From: an uncultured delta proteobacterium
Lineage (GTDB): Bacteria > Myxococcota_A > Polyangia > Fen-1088
Reading direction: 5' to 3'
Length of the DNA: 64,000 bases
Assembly: GCA_963796685.1 (NCBI GenBank)
Contig: CAWCMR010000008.1
Span: 640,001 to 704,000, forward strand
The notes under the pieces were generated by a model. That model did not search any database. It was not told the origin of the DNA and was given only the letters and a program-made list of their open reading frames with translations. Below are positions 41,006-51,396 of the stretch, in pieces. Position 1 is the stretch's first letter; every line of letters starts with the position of its first letter. A program made the position numbers and the translations under genes.

Positions 41006-41691
41006 AAATACAGCCAGTGCCCGAAGCGATGCTTCTTGGTCTTGAGGTAGCGTTCGTTGTCCTTGTGGCTGGAGATCTGCAGCGGTACGCGCTCGACGAT
41101 CCGAATCCCGAGCTTCGCCAGCTTCTCGACCTTTTCGGGATTGTTGGTGAGCAGGCGCAGGCTCTTGACCCCGATCTTCTTCAGCATCTCGGCGGGTACC
41201 ACGTAGTCGCGCTCGTCGGGTAGGAAGCCGAGGGACGTGTTGGCCTCGAGCGTGTCGAGCCCCTTGTCTTGCAGGACGTAGGCGCGCAGCTTGTTGGTAA
41301 GCCCGATACCCCGCCCTTCGGCTTGTTGATAAAGGACCAGGCCGCGGCCTTCGCGTTCGATCGCCGCCAGCGCCGCGTGCAGTTGGTCGCCGCAATCGCA
41401 GCGACGGCTACCGAAGGCATCCCCGGTCAGGCAGGCGGAGTGGATGCGGCAGAGCAGATTCTCGCCTTCGCCGATTTCGCCCTTGAGCACGATGGTGTGA
41501 TCTTTTCCGTCCTTGTTGTTGACGAATCCGAGGATGCGGAAACTGCCGTAGTCGGTGGGAAAGTCCGCAGCGGCGACCAGCTTCACGCACAACTTCTCGG
41601 AACATCCCTCGCATTCCATGTTGGGCGCGCAGTTCTTGAGCGACTGCAGGTCGCGCTGGATGATGGATTCGAGTCGTTCGAGCTCGGTCAT
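41002..41691 (-). CDS. ribA: GTP cyclohydrolase II
   Basis: RIHSACLTGDAFGSRRCDCG, EGRGIGL.NK, LLTNNP.K. Confidence 0.93.
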   Translation of the reverse strand: MTELERLESIIQRDLQSLKNCAPNMECEGCSEKLCVKLVAAADFPTDYGSFRILGFVNNKDGKDHTIVLKGEIGEGENLLCRIHSACLTGDAFGSRRCDCGDQLHAALAAIEREGRGLVLYQQAEGRGIGLTNKLRAYVLQDKGLDTLEANTSLGFLPDERDYVVPAEMLKKIGVKSLRLLTNNPEKVEKLAKLGIRIVERVPLQISSHKDNERYLKTKKHRFGHWLYF

Positions 41692-41805
41692 GCTTGGATC
41701 CCCGGTGCCTATTCTTCACCGGCGGCCTCGCCCGCGCAAGACAACTTCAAGCCGTGACGATTCGACGACGATCGCGTCCCCGACGATACGCGAAGCCGTG
41801 CCTCG

Positions 41806-44800
41806 CTATTCCTCCTCGCGCCCGTGGAAGCCGGGCGCGAAGAGACGTGCGATGCGCGCGGGATCGCGCACGCCCTGATTCGCCATCCAACCGTTGGAGC
41901 GGGCGCGCAGCTCTTCGCCCCGCCGGCCTCCGGTGAGCTCGCCCAGCCACCTGCGCCCGGACTCGGCCAGAAGCAGCGCCCCCGCCGCCTCGGCGGTCGC
42001 GACGGCGCGGTCGAGAGCAAAGAGCCCATGGTTGCGCTCGGCACCCGGCGAAAGCCAGCGCACGCCGGCCTCGAGGGCTGCGCCCATGGCCACGCCGGTC
42101 TGGTGCTCGGCCTTGCGCAACCTGCGCGCGCACTTGTGAGCCGTCACCAGGAAGGGCTTCCGCGCCCCGGGGACGACCTTCTCGGCCATCGCCAGCGCGA
42201 CCCGGCCGGAGATCCAAGCGTGCTCGATGCGAACGCCGCTGACATGGAACAACCCCGAGTGCTGAAGTCGGCGGCGCTCGTCGGAGATCGCCTGCCACGC
42301 CACCTCGGGCTTCTCGCCGTACAGGGCCTGCTCGCAGCGCGCGTAGAGGTGAAAGAAGTGCTGGAGGTGGTACATGTCCTTCGGCCACGCGTCCAAGACC
42401 CCTTCGATCTCCTTGCTCGCACGCGCCGCATCGTCCCGAACCAACCACACCACCGTTTGGTAGGTGCGCAAGTTGGTTCCGAGGAAACGGTCGCCCGTGC
42501 GATCGGCATCGGCGGTGTAGCGATCGAAGCGTTCGCACAGCTCGCGAATCCGCCCCGCCAGCCGTAAGGAAAAGCAGGTGAAGGAGCGCGCCGTCGCCAG
42601 CTCCCAGCTCACGCCACGGCAGTGGCCGAGGAAATGCTGTTCGACGGCCATCAGATCGTTGGCTGCGGCGTCGAACTCGCCGGCGAAATAGCGCACCAGG
42701 GCCTTGCACAACCTGGCCATGCCGATGGTCGCGGGATCGGACGATCGCCTCGCCAGCACCTCGGCCTCCGACGCCAAGCGCGTGGCCCAGCCGAAGCGCG
42801 ATCCGCCGAGCACGGCAAGTTGCCCCGCCAGCGCCGACAGGCCCTGGGCCACACGTCGAAGATCCCCGGACTCGAGCGCCAGCATGAGGAAGCGCAGCAG
42901 GAAATCGTCGGCCCTGAGCGTGTCCACCACGCTCAGGCCGATGTTGGCGGCCCACAGCACGTCGAGGAGATGCTTGTCCTTGGCGGACAGGCTCGATGCC
43001 GGTCGTTCGACGAAGCCGACGCCACGCAGACGCAGCCGCATCACCCGCCAGCCGACCGACAAGGCCGCGCTGCGCGCGCTTGGCGCCAGGCGAAGGCCCG
43101 CCTCCGCGAGAACCCCGCCGAGCACCTCGAGCCCGCGCGTAATCTCTCCCCCGCGCAACAACTGCTCGGCCGCGAGGTGACGGAGACGGGAAGCCTGCGC
43201 GGGGTCGCCGAGCGCCGCCGCGCCTTGGTAGGCTTCCGCAGCGAGGATCGCGCACCCGTTGCTCGCCTGGCATTCGCCCACGGCACGCAACAGATCGGCA
43301 CGCATGGAGGCATCGGTTTCGAGCTCGGCAGCAGTCTGGTAGAGCTGCGCGGCCCGGTCGAATGCCAGCTTGCCTCGCGCCTCGGCCGCGGCCTCGCATG
43401 CGTAGCGCTTGGCCCGCTCGGGATCGTCGGCGGACAGCCAGTAGCGGGCCAGCATGTCGCTGCGCTCGTGGTCCCATTGCTCGACCGCCTGGGCCAGTCG
43501 CGCATTCAGCTGGCGCGACGTCGCCTCGTCGAGGCTGCCCGACACCACCTCGCGAATTCGGTCGTGGTAGGGCTCGACCAGGTCCGAGCCTTGCCGCCCT
43601 CGCCGCCTGACCATGCTCTCTTCCACGAGCGCGGAGATTCCCCGCTCCCATTCCTCGGACCCGAGCACGAGCCCGGCAGCCGCGGCCAGTGCTCGCTGGG
43701 GCAAGGGATCGCCTGCCAGCGCGACAACCTGGAGCAGGCGCCGACTCTCCGGGGGCAGGCTGCCCACGCGTTCGAGAATCATGCTGTCCAGGCGAAAGGC
43801 ATTGCCCTCGAGAGCCGTTTCGGCGCCATGCCGCGACGAGGTCAGCGTGCGCAGGTGGTGCACGATCTCGATGACGAAGAAGGGATTGCCTCCGGCCTCC
43901 TGAACGGCGGCGTCCGCGATGCGGCGTCGGATCACGGGCGCGATGGCTGCCTCGTCGAGAAGATGTTCCACCAAGGCACGCGTGTTGTCCGGCGAAAGCG
44001 GGGCGAGCGAAAGGGTCTGCACACCCGGCTGTTCGACGATCTCGCGCAGCAACGGATCCATCGCGGCGTCGTCGCCGGATTTGCGAAAGCTCGCGATGAG
44101 CAGCAGAGCCGGCGCCCCGGGCTGCTGGATGATCGCACGCAGGAGAGAGAAGCTGTCGCGATCGGCCCATTGCAGGTCATCGATGAAGACGACCAGGGGC
44201 TGCGTGCGCGCCATGCGTTTGAGAAGCTCGCAAAAGGCGACGAAGGCCTGGTTGCGCAGCTCCCTGGCATCGCGCAACGCAGGCAGGAAGTAACGCTTGT
44301 GCTCGGTGAGCTTGAGCCGGCGCAGGACCGGGAAGATCTCGCTCAGATAGAGAATGCCGTCGGGCAGAACGTAGGCCTGGTCGTCCGCGCTCAGGTTGGC
44401 CAGGCGGTAGCTCAGGCCATCGACCACGTGGTCGAGTGCCTTGAAGGCAAGCGTTTCGCGTTCGTGACATCGCCCGCGCAGCACGAGCGGCAAGGAGGCG
44501 CCCCCGCTTCCGCTCTGCAAATCATCGAGAAAAGCCTCGACGAGGCAGGTCTTGCCGATGCCGGAGCTCCCTTCCACCACCACCACCGCCGGCTCACCCT
44601 TGCGCATCTTGGAGTAGGCGCGACCGAGGGCGGTCAGTTCCTGCTCGCGGCCGAACACACTTTGGGCGGGCACGGTCAGTGGCGTGTAACGGCCCGGACG
44701 GACCTTGGCGCCGGTGTCGGGGAAGGCGCCAAGACGAGCCAGAATCTCCGCGCCCGATGGCCGCTGCAGAGGATCGCGGTGAATCAGGCGCATGCACAGC

Positions 44801-45519
44801 TCGCTGAGCAGCTCGTTGGCCCGCGGCTCGAGCTGCGTCGGGGGTGGGGGATCCTCGGTCTGCTTCTTGAGCAAGACATCGAACAGCGCGCCTTCGAAAG
44901 GACAACGCCCCGTGAGCACCTCGTAGATCATGATGCCGACGGCGTACCAATCGGCCGCGGGCACGCACGGTCTTTCCAGGGCCTGTTCGGGAGCCATGTA
45001 GGCCGGTGTTCCCGACAGGCCGCCCGAGGAGATCGAACCGCTGCCCGTCTGTTTGGCCAATCCGAAATCCAAGATCACGACACGGCCCTGTTCGGTCACC
45101 AGGACGTTTGGTGGCTTGAGATCGCGGTGGATGCAGCCGGCCTCGTGCATGGCATGAACCCCGACGCACAGTTGTTGAACCGAGGACAGAGTGCGATCGC
45201 ATCCCGCAACGTTCGAGGCGGCTCGCGAACCGAGCACGAAGCGGTCGAAAGGCACGCCCTCCACGTACTCCATGGTGAAGAACCACAGCGTCCCCTCCGA
45301 GATGAGCTCGTAGAGCGTCACCAGGTTCGGGTGTTTGATGTCGGCCACCGCGCGGAACTCGCGCTTGAACCGATAGAGATCGGTACCACTCGACAGCTTG
45401 AGGGTCTTGAGCGCGACCTCGGTCCCGAGTTGCTCGTCGAAGACCAGGTGAACGCTGCCCATTCCGCCCGTGCCTAGAAGGCGAATGGGCCTGAATCTCG
45501 AAGTTCCGGAGAAGAACAT
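41806..45519 (-). CDS. Ser/Thr protein kinase fused to AAA ATPase and helical repeat domain
   Basis: LGTGGMG, HRDLKPPN, DFGL, GTPAYMAPE; Walker A GSSGIGKT; Walker B IDDLQWAD. Confidence 0.92.
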   Translation of the reverse strand: MFFSGTSRFRPIRLLGTGGMGSVHLVFDEQLGTEVALKTLKLSSGTDLYRFKREFRAVADIKHPNLVTLYELISEGTLWFFTMEYVEGVPFDRFVLGSRAASNVAGCDRTLSSVQQLCVGVHAMHEAGCIHRDLKPPNVLVTEQGRVVILDFGLAKQTGSGSISSGGLSGTPAYMAPEQALERPCVPAADWYAVGIMIYEVLTGRCPFEGALFDVLLKKQTEDPPPPTQLEPRANELLSELCMRLIHRDPLQRPSGAEILARLGAFPDTGAKVRPGRYTPLTVPAQSVFGREQELTALGRAYSKMRKGEPAVVVVEGSSGIGKTCLVEAFLDDLQSGSGGASLPLVLRGRCHERETLAFKALDHVVDGLSYRLANLSADDQAYVLPDGILYLSEIFPVLRRLKLTEHKRYFLPALRDARELRNQAFVAFCELLKRMARTQPLVVFIDDLQWADRDSFSLLRAIIQQPGAPALLLIASFRKSGDDAAMDPLLREIVEQPGVQTLSLAPLSPDNTRALVEHLLDEAAIAPVIRRRIADAAVQEAGGNPFFVIEIVHHLRTLTSSRHGAETALEGNAFRLDSMILERVGSLPPESRRLLQVVALAGDPLPQRALAAAAGLVLGSEEWERGISALVEESMVRRRGRQGSDLVEPYHDRIREVVSGSLDEATSRQLNARLAQAVEQWDHERSDMLARYWLSADDPERAKRYACEAAAEARGKLAFDRAAQLYQTAAELETDASMRADLLRAVGECQASNGCAILAAEAYQGAAALGDPAQASRLRHLAAEQLLRGGEITRGLEVLGGVLAEAGLRLAPSARSAALSVGWRVMRLRLRGVGFVERPASSLSAKDKHLLDVLWAANIGLSVVDTLRADDFLLRFLMLALESGDLRRVAQGLSALAGQLAVLGGSRFGWATRLASEAEVLARRSSDPATIGMARLCKALVRYFAGEFDAAANDLMAVEQHFLGHCRGVSWELATARSFTCFSLRLAGRIRELCERFDRYTADADRTGDRFLGTNLRTYQTVVWLVRDDAARASKEIEGVLDAWPKDMYHLQHFFHLYARCEQALYGEKPEVAWQAISDERRRLQHSGLFHVSGVRIEHAWISGRVALAMAEKVVPGARKPFLVTAHKCARRLRKAEHQTGVAMGAALEAGVRWLSPGAERNHGLFALDRAVATAEAAGALLLAESGRRWLGELTGGRRGEELRARSNGWMANQGVRDPARIARLFAPGFHGREEE

Positions 45520-45753
45520 AGATAGAGGACAGACGACGCGAGGAGCCAGCCCGGACAACACCGTACCACGGAACCGGGGTACGTGGAGGCTTGGACACCA
45601 GAACACACCGCTGCTTGATGGAGGCCCAAAAGCGACATCCTGCTACTTTGCGGGAGAGACGCCCACAAATGCCGCGGGACCGACCCAACAACGCCGCCTG
45701 TTGTCACAATAGATTGCTGGTAGCCAAAAATGCGCTCATTGGACGCGTCAACG

Positions 45754-45779
45754 ACAGTCATGCAATACAGTCATGCAAT
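45754..45779. repeat. 13-bp tandem direct repeat in a divergent promoter region
   Basis: ACAGTCATGCAAT x2. Confidence 0.6.
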
Positions 45780-46023
45780 AAGGTGCACTTCGTACTTGAA
45801 ATAGACGAAAACCGTATAACTATTTTCCTAGCCTCACTGTTCAACGTCCAACGATTGCAGTATCATCGCTCGGCTCGAACCCATTTCACGAACTCCTGCG
45901 GGGCCTTCGGGTGAAGAGACTCATGGCAATTGAATCATCCTGCATTTCTCGAGCTCATCCACAACGAGACGCGCGCGTGCGTACCCGCACCGTCGCTCAT
46001 TCGGGGCCAAGGTGGCCGCAGCC

Positions 46024-47310
46024 ATGACACCATCCGAGGACCTGGAATCGAGCGCGGAACGCGCGCGCATCGTGGATGCGGAGTTCGACATTCACGCGGT
46101 CCTCGAAGCCCGCAGCATGCTGAGCCACTTTCAGCCAATCATTTCCATCCGCGAGAAGAAGGTGATCGGGCTCGAAGCCCTGGTCCGTGCAACCAACCCG
46201 AAAAGCGGCAAACCGATTTCGCCCAACTACCTTTTCGACGCCGCGGCCAGACACCGACAATCGCTGCAGCTGGACCGAATGTGTCGCGAAGCCGCGATCT
46301 CGGGTTTTGCAACCCTGGCCAGCCTGGATCCCGATCTCATTCTGTTCGTCAATGTGGACGTGTCCAGCCTGGGCCGATCGGTTGCCGAGTCCAATGCGCT
46401 CATCAGGCTGACCGAGGAATACGGCATTCCTTCGGAGCGCGTGGCCATCGAAATCATCGAGTCCAAGATTCGCGACGCCTCCGCCTTGCAACGCTTCATC
46501 GCCAACCACCGTAGGCGCGGTTTTCTCATTGCCCTGGACGACATGGGCGCCGGCCACTCCAATCTCGAGCGCATCCCCAGCATCAAGCCGGATATCATCA
46601 AGCTCGATCGATCGCTCATCCAGAATATCGACCGCGAGTACCACAAGCAGGAGCTCTTCGACTTCTTCATCAAGCTGGCCCAAAGGATCGGCGTCTTCGT
46701 CATCGTCGAGGGCATCGAAACCGAGGCCGAGGCTCTGTCGTGTCTGGAACGCGGCGCGGATCTCGTGCAAGGCTTCTACTTCGCCTACCCACAGCCTCCG
46801 GCAAAGACCTGTCTGGAGAGCGGGCTCGACTACGCCAGCCGCCTGCGCTCGGTGCTGACCGAGCACATGGTGCAACGATTCACCCAGCGCAAGACGATGT
46901 ACAAGACCTACAACGATATCGCCAGCCGGATCACCGCCGTGGTGGAGATGAGCGATCCCGCTGCCTACGAAACCATGCTCGAACATGCTCTCAAGCGTTT
47001 CCCCTCCGCCGAATGTGCCTACGTCATCCACGAGTCGGGGCGCCAGATCACGCGAACCGTGTTCAATCCCTCGTGCAACCAGCGCAAACGAACGGCGCTG
47101 TTCGGGCCCGCGCCGGCGGGTGGCAACCAAAGCGCCAAGGACTACTTCATGTACCTCGGCAAGAACCAGCGCCACTACGTGACCCGGCCCTATGTCTCGG
47201 TCGCCACGGGCAACGTCTGCGTCACCATCTCGAACCGCGTCAGTCTGTCCTCGGGAGAAACCTACGTGGTTTGCGTCGACATCCATCTCGGCGAGAACGT
47301 CCCCTCGTAG
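46024..47310 (+). CDS. EAL-domain c-di-GMP phosphodiesterase with YkuI-like C-terminal sensor domain
   Basis: EAL, FVN, EIIE, ALDDMGAG.SNL, IKLDRS, EGIETE, QGFYF; C-terminal T.PY.S..TG..C.T.S. Confidence 0.88.
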   Translation: MTPSEDLESSAERARIVDAEFDIHAVLEARSMLSHFQPIISIREKKVIGLEALVRATNPKSGKPISPNYLFDAAARHRQSLQLDRMCREAAISGFATLASLDPDLILFVNVDVSSLGRSVAESNALIRLTEEYGIPSERVAIEIIESKIRDASALQRFIANHRRRGFLIALDDMGAGHSNLERIPSIKPDIIKLDRSLIQNIDREYHKQELFDFFIKLAQRIGVFVIVEGIETEAEALSCLERGADLVQGFYFAYPQPPAKTCLESGLDYASRLRSVLTEHMVQRFTQRKTMYKTYNDIASRITAVVEMSDPAAYETMLEHALKRFPSAECAYVIHESGRQITRTVFNPSCNQRKRTALFGPAPAGGNQSAKDYFMYLGKNQRHYVTRPYVSVATGNVCVTISNRVSLSSGETYVVCVDIHLGENVPS

Positions 47311-47393
47311 GAGCAGGGGATCGTTTTCCCATACCCATGGCCAGGGAAAGCGACCATGATTGTCGCCCAAAGGACATCGGAAGAGGACATTGA

Positions 47394-48251
47394 ATGACAA
47401 GCACAATGCTCGGTGGGCTGGCGCTCATCGATTCCACGGGTCGAGCCATCCTTGCCACGACGATCACCACGCTGGTGCTGGGCATCGTCACGAACCTCTG
47501 GCTGCGCGCTCGCTACGCGGCCCTGGAAAAGGAGCTGAGCCACGCCCCCGATAGCGAGGCGACCCTTTCGCATGCCGTCCTCCGGCACGTCGTGCGCGAC
47601 ACGATGGAGGCAGCCGGTCGATCGCGCGAGGTCAACACCCAGGCCATCATCGACGAGCGCTTCCAATCCGATCTTCGGCCCATGCTACTCGCCGAACGCT
47701 TCATCCGATCGGCCACCGGCCTGGTCATCATCCTGGGTCTGCTCGGCACCTTCTACGGGCTCACGCTGTCGATCGGTAAAATCGTCCATCTGGTCGGGGC
47801 CGAGACCACCGGCGCAGCCGACGTGGCCCAAGGGGTCAGCCAGGGTCTGACCAACGCCCTGTCCGGCATGGCGGTGGCCTTCTCGAACTCGCTTGTCGGC
47901 ATTCTGTCCGCCGTCGTGCTCACCGTGGTCGGAGTCCTGTCGAATGTCTCGGATCGGCGGACCGCCGTGATGGTCAAGATTGAAACCTACCTCGACCGCC
48001 TCCGCGCACAGCGACCGGGCGCCGGCGCAACGACGGACCTGGCCGGATTCGGTCCCGCCATTGCGCTTCTCGACGGCGCGGTCGCGCGCTTCGAAGGCGC
48101 CCTGCAGAGCTTCGCCACCACGACCAAGGACTTTCACGACTTCAATACGCACCTCAAGGACAACGTTCAGCGCCTCAGCCTGACCTTCGCCGACATGAGC
48201 GACTCGCTGAAAACGCAGCTCGTCACCTTCGGATCCGGTCGCAAGGTCTAG
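47394..48251 (+). CDS. MotA/TolQ/ExbB (ZorA-like) proton-channel subunit
   Basis: Three TM segments, LGLLGTFYGL, GMAVAF.NSL.G, short helical tail. Confidence 0.8.
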   Translation: MTSTMLGGLALIDSTGRAILATTITTLVLGIVTNLWLRARYAALEKELSHAPDSEATLSHAVLRHVVRDTMEAAGRSREVNTQAIIDERFQSDLRPMLLAERFIRSATGLVIILGLLGTFYGLTLSIGKIVHLVGAETTGAADVAQGVSQGLTNALSGMAVAFSNSLVGILSAVVLTVVGVLSNVSDRRTAVMVKIETYLDRLRAQRPGAGATTDLAGFGPAIALLDGAVARFEGALQSFATTTKDFHDFNTHLKDNVQRLSLTFADMSDSLKTQLVTFGSGRKV

Positions 48252-48284
48252 GGGGGAAGTCCTGTGCGCTCCCGACGACCGCTC

Positions 48285-49166
48285 ATGTCCGATCACGATG
48301 GCACGCGTGAGATCTGGCCCGCGTTCACGGACGTCATGTCGACCATGGCGCTCATCATGTTCGTGCTCGTCTTGCTGGCCTACGTCCGCAACCTGATCAG
48401 CGAAAAGCGCATGCACGACTTTCAGCAGGCCATCGCGGCCTCGGAACGCCAGCTCAAGTCCGTGCAGGCCGAGGTCCTGGCCGGCCGGGCCGAGCTTGCG
48501 GCATCCCAGCGCCGGCTACTGGATCAGCAGGCGGTCGTGGCCGACAGCAATCGCCAGCTCGGCAATCTGCGCGCCCAACTGCAAAGCATCGCTGTCCTGC
48601 GCGTCTCGGTGCTCGACAAGTTGAAGACCGCCATCGAAGCCCAGCTTGGACGCGCCAGCGCGAGCAGCGGTCAAATCGTCACCATCGGCGACAACGGCGA
48701 CATCGCGGTCAACGAGAGCCTGGTGTTCGAATACAACTCGTATGCCATCAAGAAGCTGGCCAAGCCCTTCCTGGATTCCCTGGCCAAAGCCCTCGGCAAC
48801 CTGCTCGCCGACGAGACGGTGCGCGAGAACATCGACACCATCGTCATCCAGGGCCACACCGACGAGCGCGGGTCGGCCACCTTCAACTGGGATCTTTCGG
48901 CCAAGCGCGCCACCGCCGTGCTCGATTACCTGTTCCAAACCAACAAGACACTGGCCGATACGTATGGCAGCTACTTCGCCGCCAGCGCTTTTTCGAAGTT
49001 CCGTCCCGTCAACCGCGAGCAGACCGAGGCGGCCTACCAACAGAACCGCCGCATCGAGATCTCGGTCGTGCCCAAGGACGCCAATGTGCGTAAGGTGATC
49101 GAGGACTACATGCAGGGCAGCGCCCCCGGATTGGCGCCAGCGGGCCAGCCCACGCACGCGCCGTAG
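48285..49166 (+). CDS. MotB/OmpA (ZorB-like) subunit with coiled coil
   Basis: WPAFTDVM TM with conserved Asp; I.IQGHTD, NWDLSAKRA, NRRIEI. Confidence 0.85.
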   Translation: MSDHDGTREIWPAFTDVMSTMALIMFVLVLLAYVRNLISEKRMHDFQQAIAASERQLKSVQAEVLAGRAELAASQRRLLDQQAVVADSNRQLGNLRAQLQSIAVLRVSVLDKLKTAIEAQLGRASASSGQIVTIGDNGDIAVNESLVFEYNSYAIKKLAKPFLDSLAKALGNLLADETVRENIDTIVIQGHTDERGSATFNWDLSAKRATAVLDYLFQTNKTLADTYGSYFAASAFSKFRPVNREQTEAAYQQNRRIEISVVPKDANVRKVIEDYMQGSAPGLAPAGQPTHAP

Positions 49167-49398
49167 GGCCTGGTCGCACCGTGGCCGTGGCCGGTTGTAA
49201 TTGCCTTCGGCGACGACCACGGCCACGGTAAGGCGTCTACGTTCACGACCACCCGTCATCGTTCCGATTGGGTGCGAGCATCCGTCGTGGAAAGGTGTCT
49301 CTTTCTGGTACCTTTCGCGCTGTCGCTCCTCTTGTCGCGGGATTGCGAATCGAGCACGGCCGCTATGATGCCACGCTGATTGGGGTAGAATCGAGCAA

Positions 49399-51081
49399 GT
49401 GTTCGAGCGAGCCAGACGGTCGATTCGCGGCGTGCAAGACGCGCTCGCTGGTCCCGTTTCCTGGCGCGGCCTGGGCATGCTCTTCGTTGCCGCGCTGGCG
49501 GTCAGACTGGCGCACGTCCTGGCCATGACTGCGAGCCCGTACTTCATCCATCCCGTCGTGGACTCGGCCGACTACGCCGCCATCGGTTGGTCCATTGCGC
49601 GGGGTCATGGCTACCCTGACCCCATCTTCTGGCATCCGCCCGGCTACCCGTGTTTCCTGGGTGCGGTCTGGTGGATCGTGGGCGACTCCTTCCTTGCCCC
49701 ACGGCTGGTGCAAGCGTGGTTGGGTGCCATGAACGTCGTCTTCATTGCGTGGCTGGGCGGGCGTCTCTTCGGCCGAAGGGTCGGCCTGGCCAGTGGCTGG
49801 GCGGCAGCCATCTATGGAATGCTCATCTACTTCGACGGCGAGTTGCTGACCCCCACGCTGGCCATCTTCGCGATCCTGGCCACAGTGATCGCAACCATGC
49901 TGGCCGAGCAGACCAATCGGCGCGCGGCATGGGCTGGTGCCGGTTTTCTCGGTGGGCTTGCGGGAACCATCATTGCCACATCCCTGGTCGTTCCGGCGAT
50001 CGCGGCCATGGTCGCGCGCAAACGCGCGCCTTGGATGCTACTGGGAACGGCTCTCGCCATCGCACCGCTGACGGCTCACAACCTGATTCAAGGGCACGAA
50101 TTCGTCATCCTCTCATCGAACGGCGGCATCAACTTCTGGATCGGCAACAATCCCAGGTACGACCGGACCGTGAGCATTCGGCCGGATATCGATTGGAAGC
50201 GTCTCACGCAAGAGCCGTCGCGCGCCGGCGTATACGGCCAGGCCGCGGCATCGCGCTACTTCATCGGCAAGTCGCTCGCATGGGCGGCGGCAAACCCCTG
50301 GGCGTTCACGCGCCTGCAGGCACACAAGTTGCGGCTGTTGATGTCCGGCGACGAGGTGTTCCGCGACCACGCCATCTACCCGGCACGTCAGGACTCTCCA
50401 GTATTGAGCCTGCTGCTGTGGAAGATTCCCTTCTTCGCGTTTCCTTTCGGGTTGCTGCTACCGCTCGCTGGGGTTGGATTGTGGGTGGGCTGGCGTCGCG
50501 CCCGATTTCTGGCCGCGTTGGTGCTGGGCCTGTCGGTCGTGGTCCTGGCGTTCTTCGTGACCGCTCGCTACCGAATCGTCCTCGTGCCCTTTCTCCTCAT
50601 CTTCGCGGCGCAGGCCGTTCATTGGTTCGTGGCCGAGGCCGACAGAAGACAGCGCCTGATGGCAGGCACCTACGCGGCCGGGCTCTTTCTCCTGGCGAAT
50701 CTTGGCCAGGGGCCCATGGACAGTCGGATGAACCCGGATGCCGAGTACAGCCTGGCCAGTCAACTCGGAGCGGAAGGTCACATGCAACAGGCCCGGGTTC
50801 TCTTTGAATCCGTGGTCGCGCATCGTCCGGACTATGTGGAAGCCTGGCTCAATCTCGGCGTCTGCTACGACAAGGAAGGCCGGGTCCGCGAAGCGAAGTA
50901 CGCCCTGGCGCGCGCCTTCCAAGTGGATCGCAAAGCGGCGATGGGCATGCTTCAGAAGTTTGCTACGGAGGGCAGTCCCGAAGCGGCCGAGCACATTTTG
51001 TCCCTTCTGCGCGACATGACCGGCGCCGCCGGGGACGGCAAGACACCCGCGGTTCCGCAGCAACTTCAACGCCGGCCTTGA
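49399..51081 (+). CDS. GT-C/GT39-like membrane glycosyltransferase with C-terminal TPR
   Basis: D...Y, PPGYP.FL, GGINFWIGNNP, RYR.., EAW.NLG TPR. Confidence 0.75.
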   Translation: MFERARRSIRGVQDALAGPVSWRGLGMLFVAALAVRLAHVLAMTASPYFIHPVVDSADYAAIGWSIARGHGYPDPIFWHPPGYPCFLGAVWWIVGDSFLAPRLVQAWLGAMNVVFIAWLGGRLFGRRVGLASGWAAAIYGMLIYFDGELLTPTLAIFAILATVIATMLAEQTNRRAAWAGAGFLGGLAGTIIATSLVVPAIAAMVARKRAPWMLLGTALAIAPLTAHNLIQGHEFVILSSNGGINFWIGNNPRYDRTVSIRPDIDWKRLTQEPSRAGVYGQAAASRYFIGKSLAWAAANPWAFTRLQAHKLRLLMSGDEVFRDHAIYPARQDSPVLSLLLWKIPFFAFPFGLLLPLAGVGLWVGWRRARFLAALVLGLSVVVLAFFVTARYRIVLVPFLLIFAAQAVHWFVAEADRRQRLMAGTYAAGLFLLANLGQGPMDSRMNPDAEYSLASQLGAEGHMQQARVLFESVVAHRPDYVEAWLNLGVCYDKEGRVREAKYALARAFQVDRKAAMGMLQKFATEGSPEAAEHILSLLRDMTGAAGDGKTPAVPQQLQRRP

Positions 51082-51094
51082 CAGCTTCGCGGAG

Positions 51095-51295
51095 GCTCAC
51101 TAGGGTGCGCTTCGTTCTGAAAATCGAATAGCCATCGCGAAATGGGGAAGCCGGTGTGAATCCGGCGCGGTCCCGCCACTGTAAAGGAGAAGAAGGCTCT
51201 CGTATCGCCACTGGGGGTGAAAACCCCGGGAAGGGGAGAGCCGACGCCACGCGACTTGGTCGCGTTGCTCCTGAGCCAGGATATCCACTCGCGAT
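51095..51295 (+). ncRNA. Cobalamin (B12) riboswitch
   Basis: GGGAAGCCGGTGTGAATCCGGCGCGGTCCCGCCACTGT...GCCACTG...GGGAAG...GAGCCAGGA upstream of btuB and cob genes. Confidence 0.92.
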
Positions 51296-51344
51296 AGTTG
51301 AGCTCTCGATGTCCTTCCGCGGAGAAGGTCTGCTGGTGTGAACC

Positions 51345-51378
51345 AACCCCTTTTCTCGCGCAGGCAAGGGGTTTTTTT
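51345..51378 (+). terminator. Intrinsic terminator, probable riboswitch expression platform
   Basis: AACCCCTT...AAGGGGTT followed by a T run. Confidence 0.7.
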
Positions 51379-51396
51379 GTGCAAAGACACCGGCCC

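Noticed and set aside
45520-46010. c-di-GMP riboswitch upstream of the EAL gene
   Set aside because: No GEMM-like consensus recognisable; only an AT-rich promoter region with a 13-bp repeat
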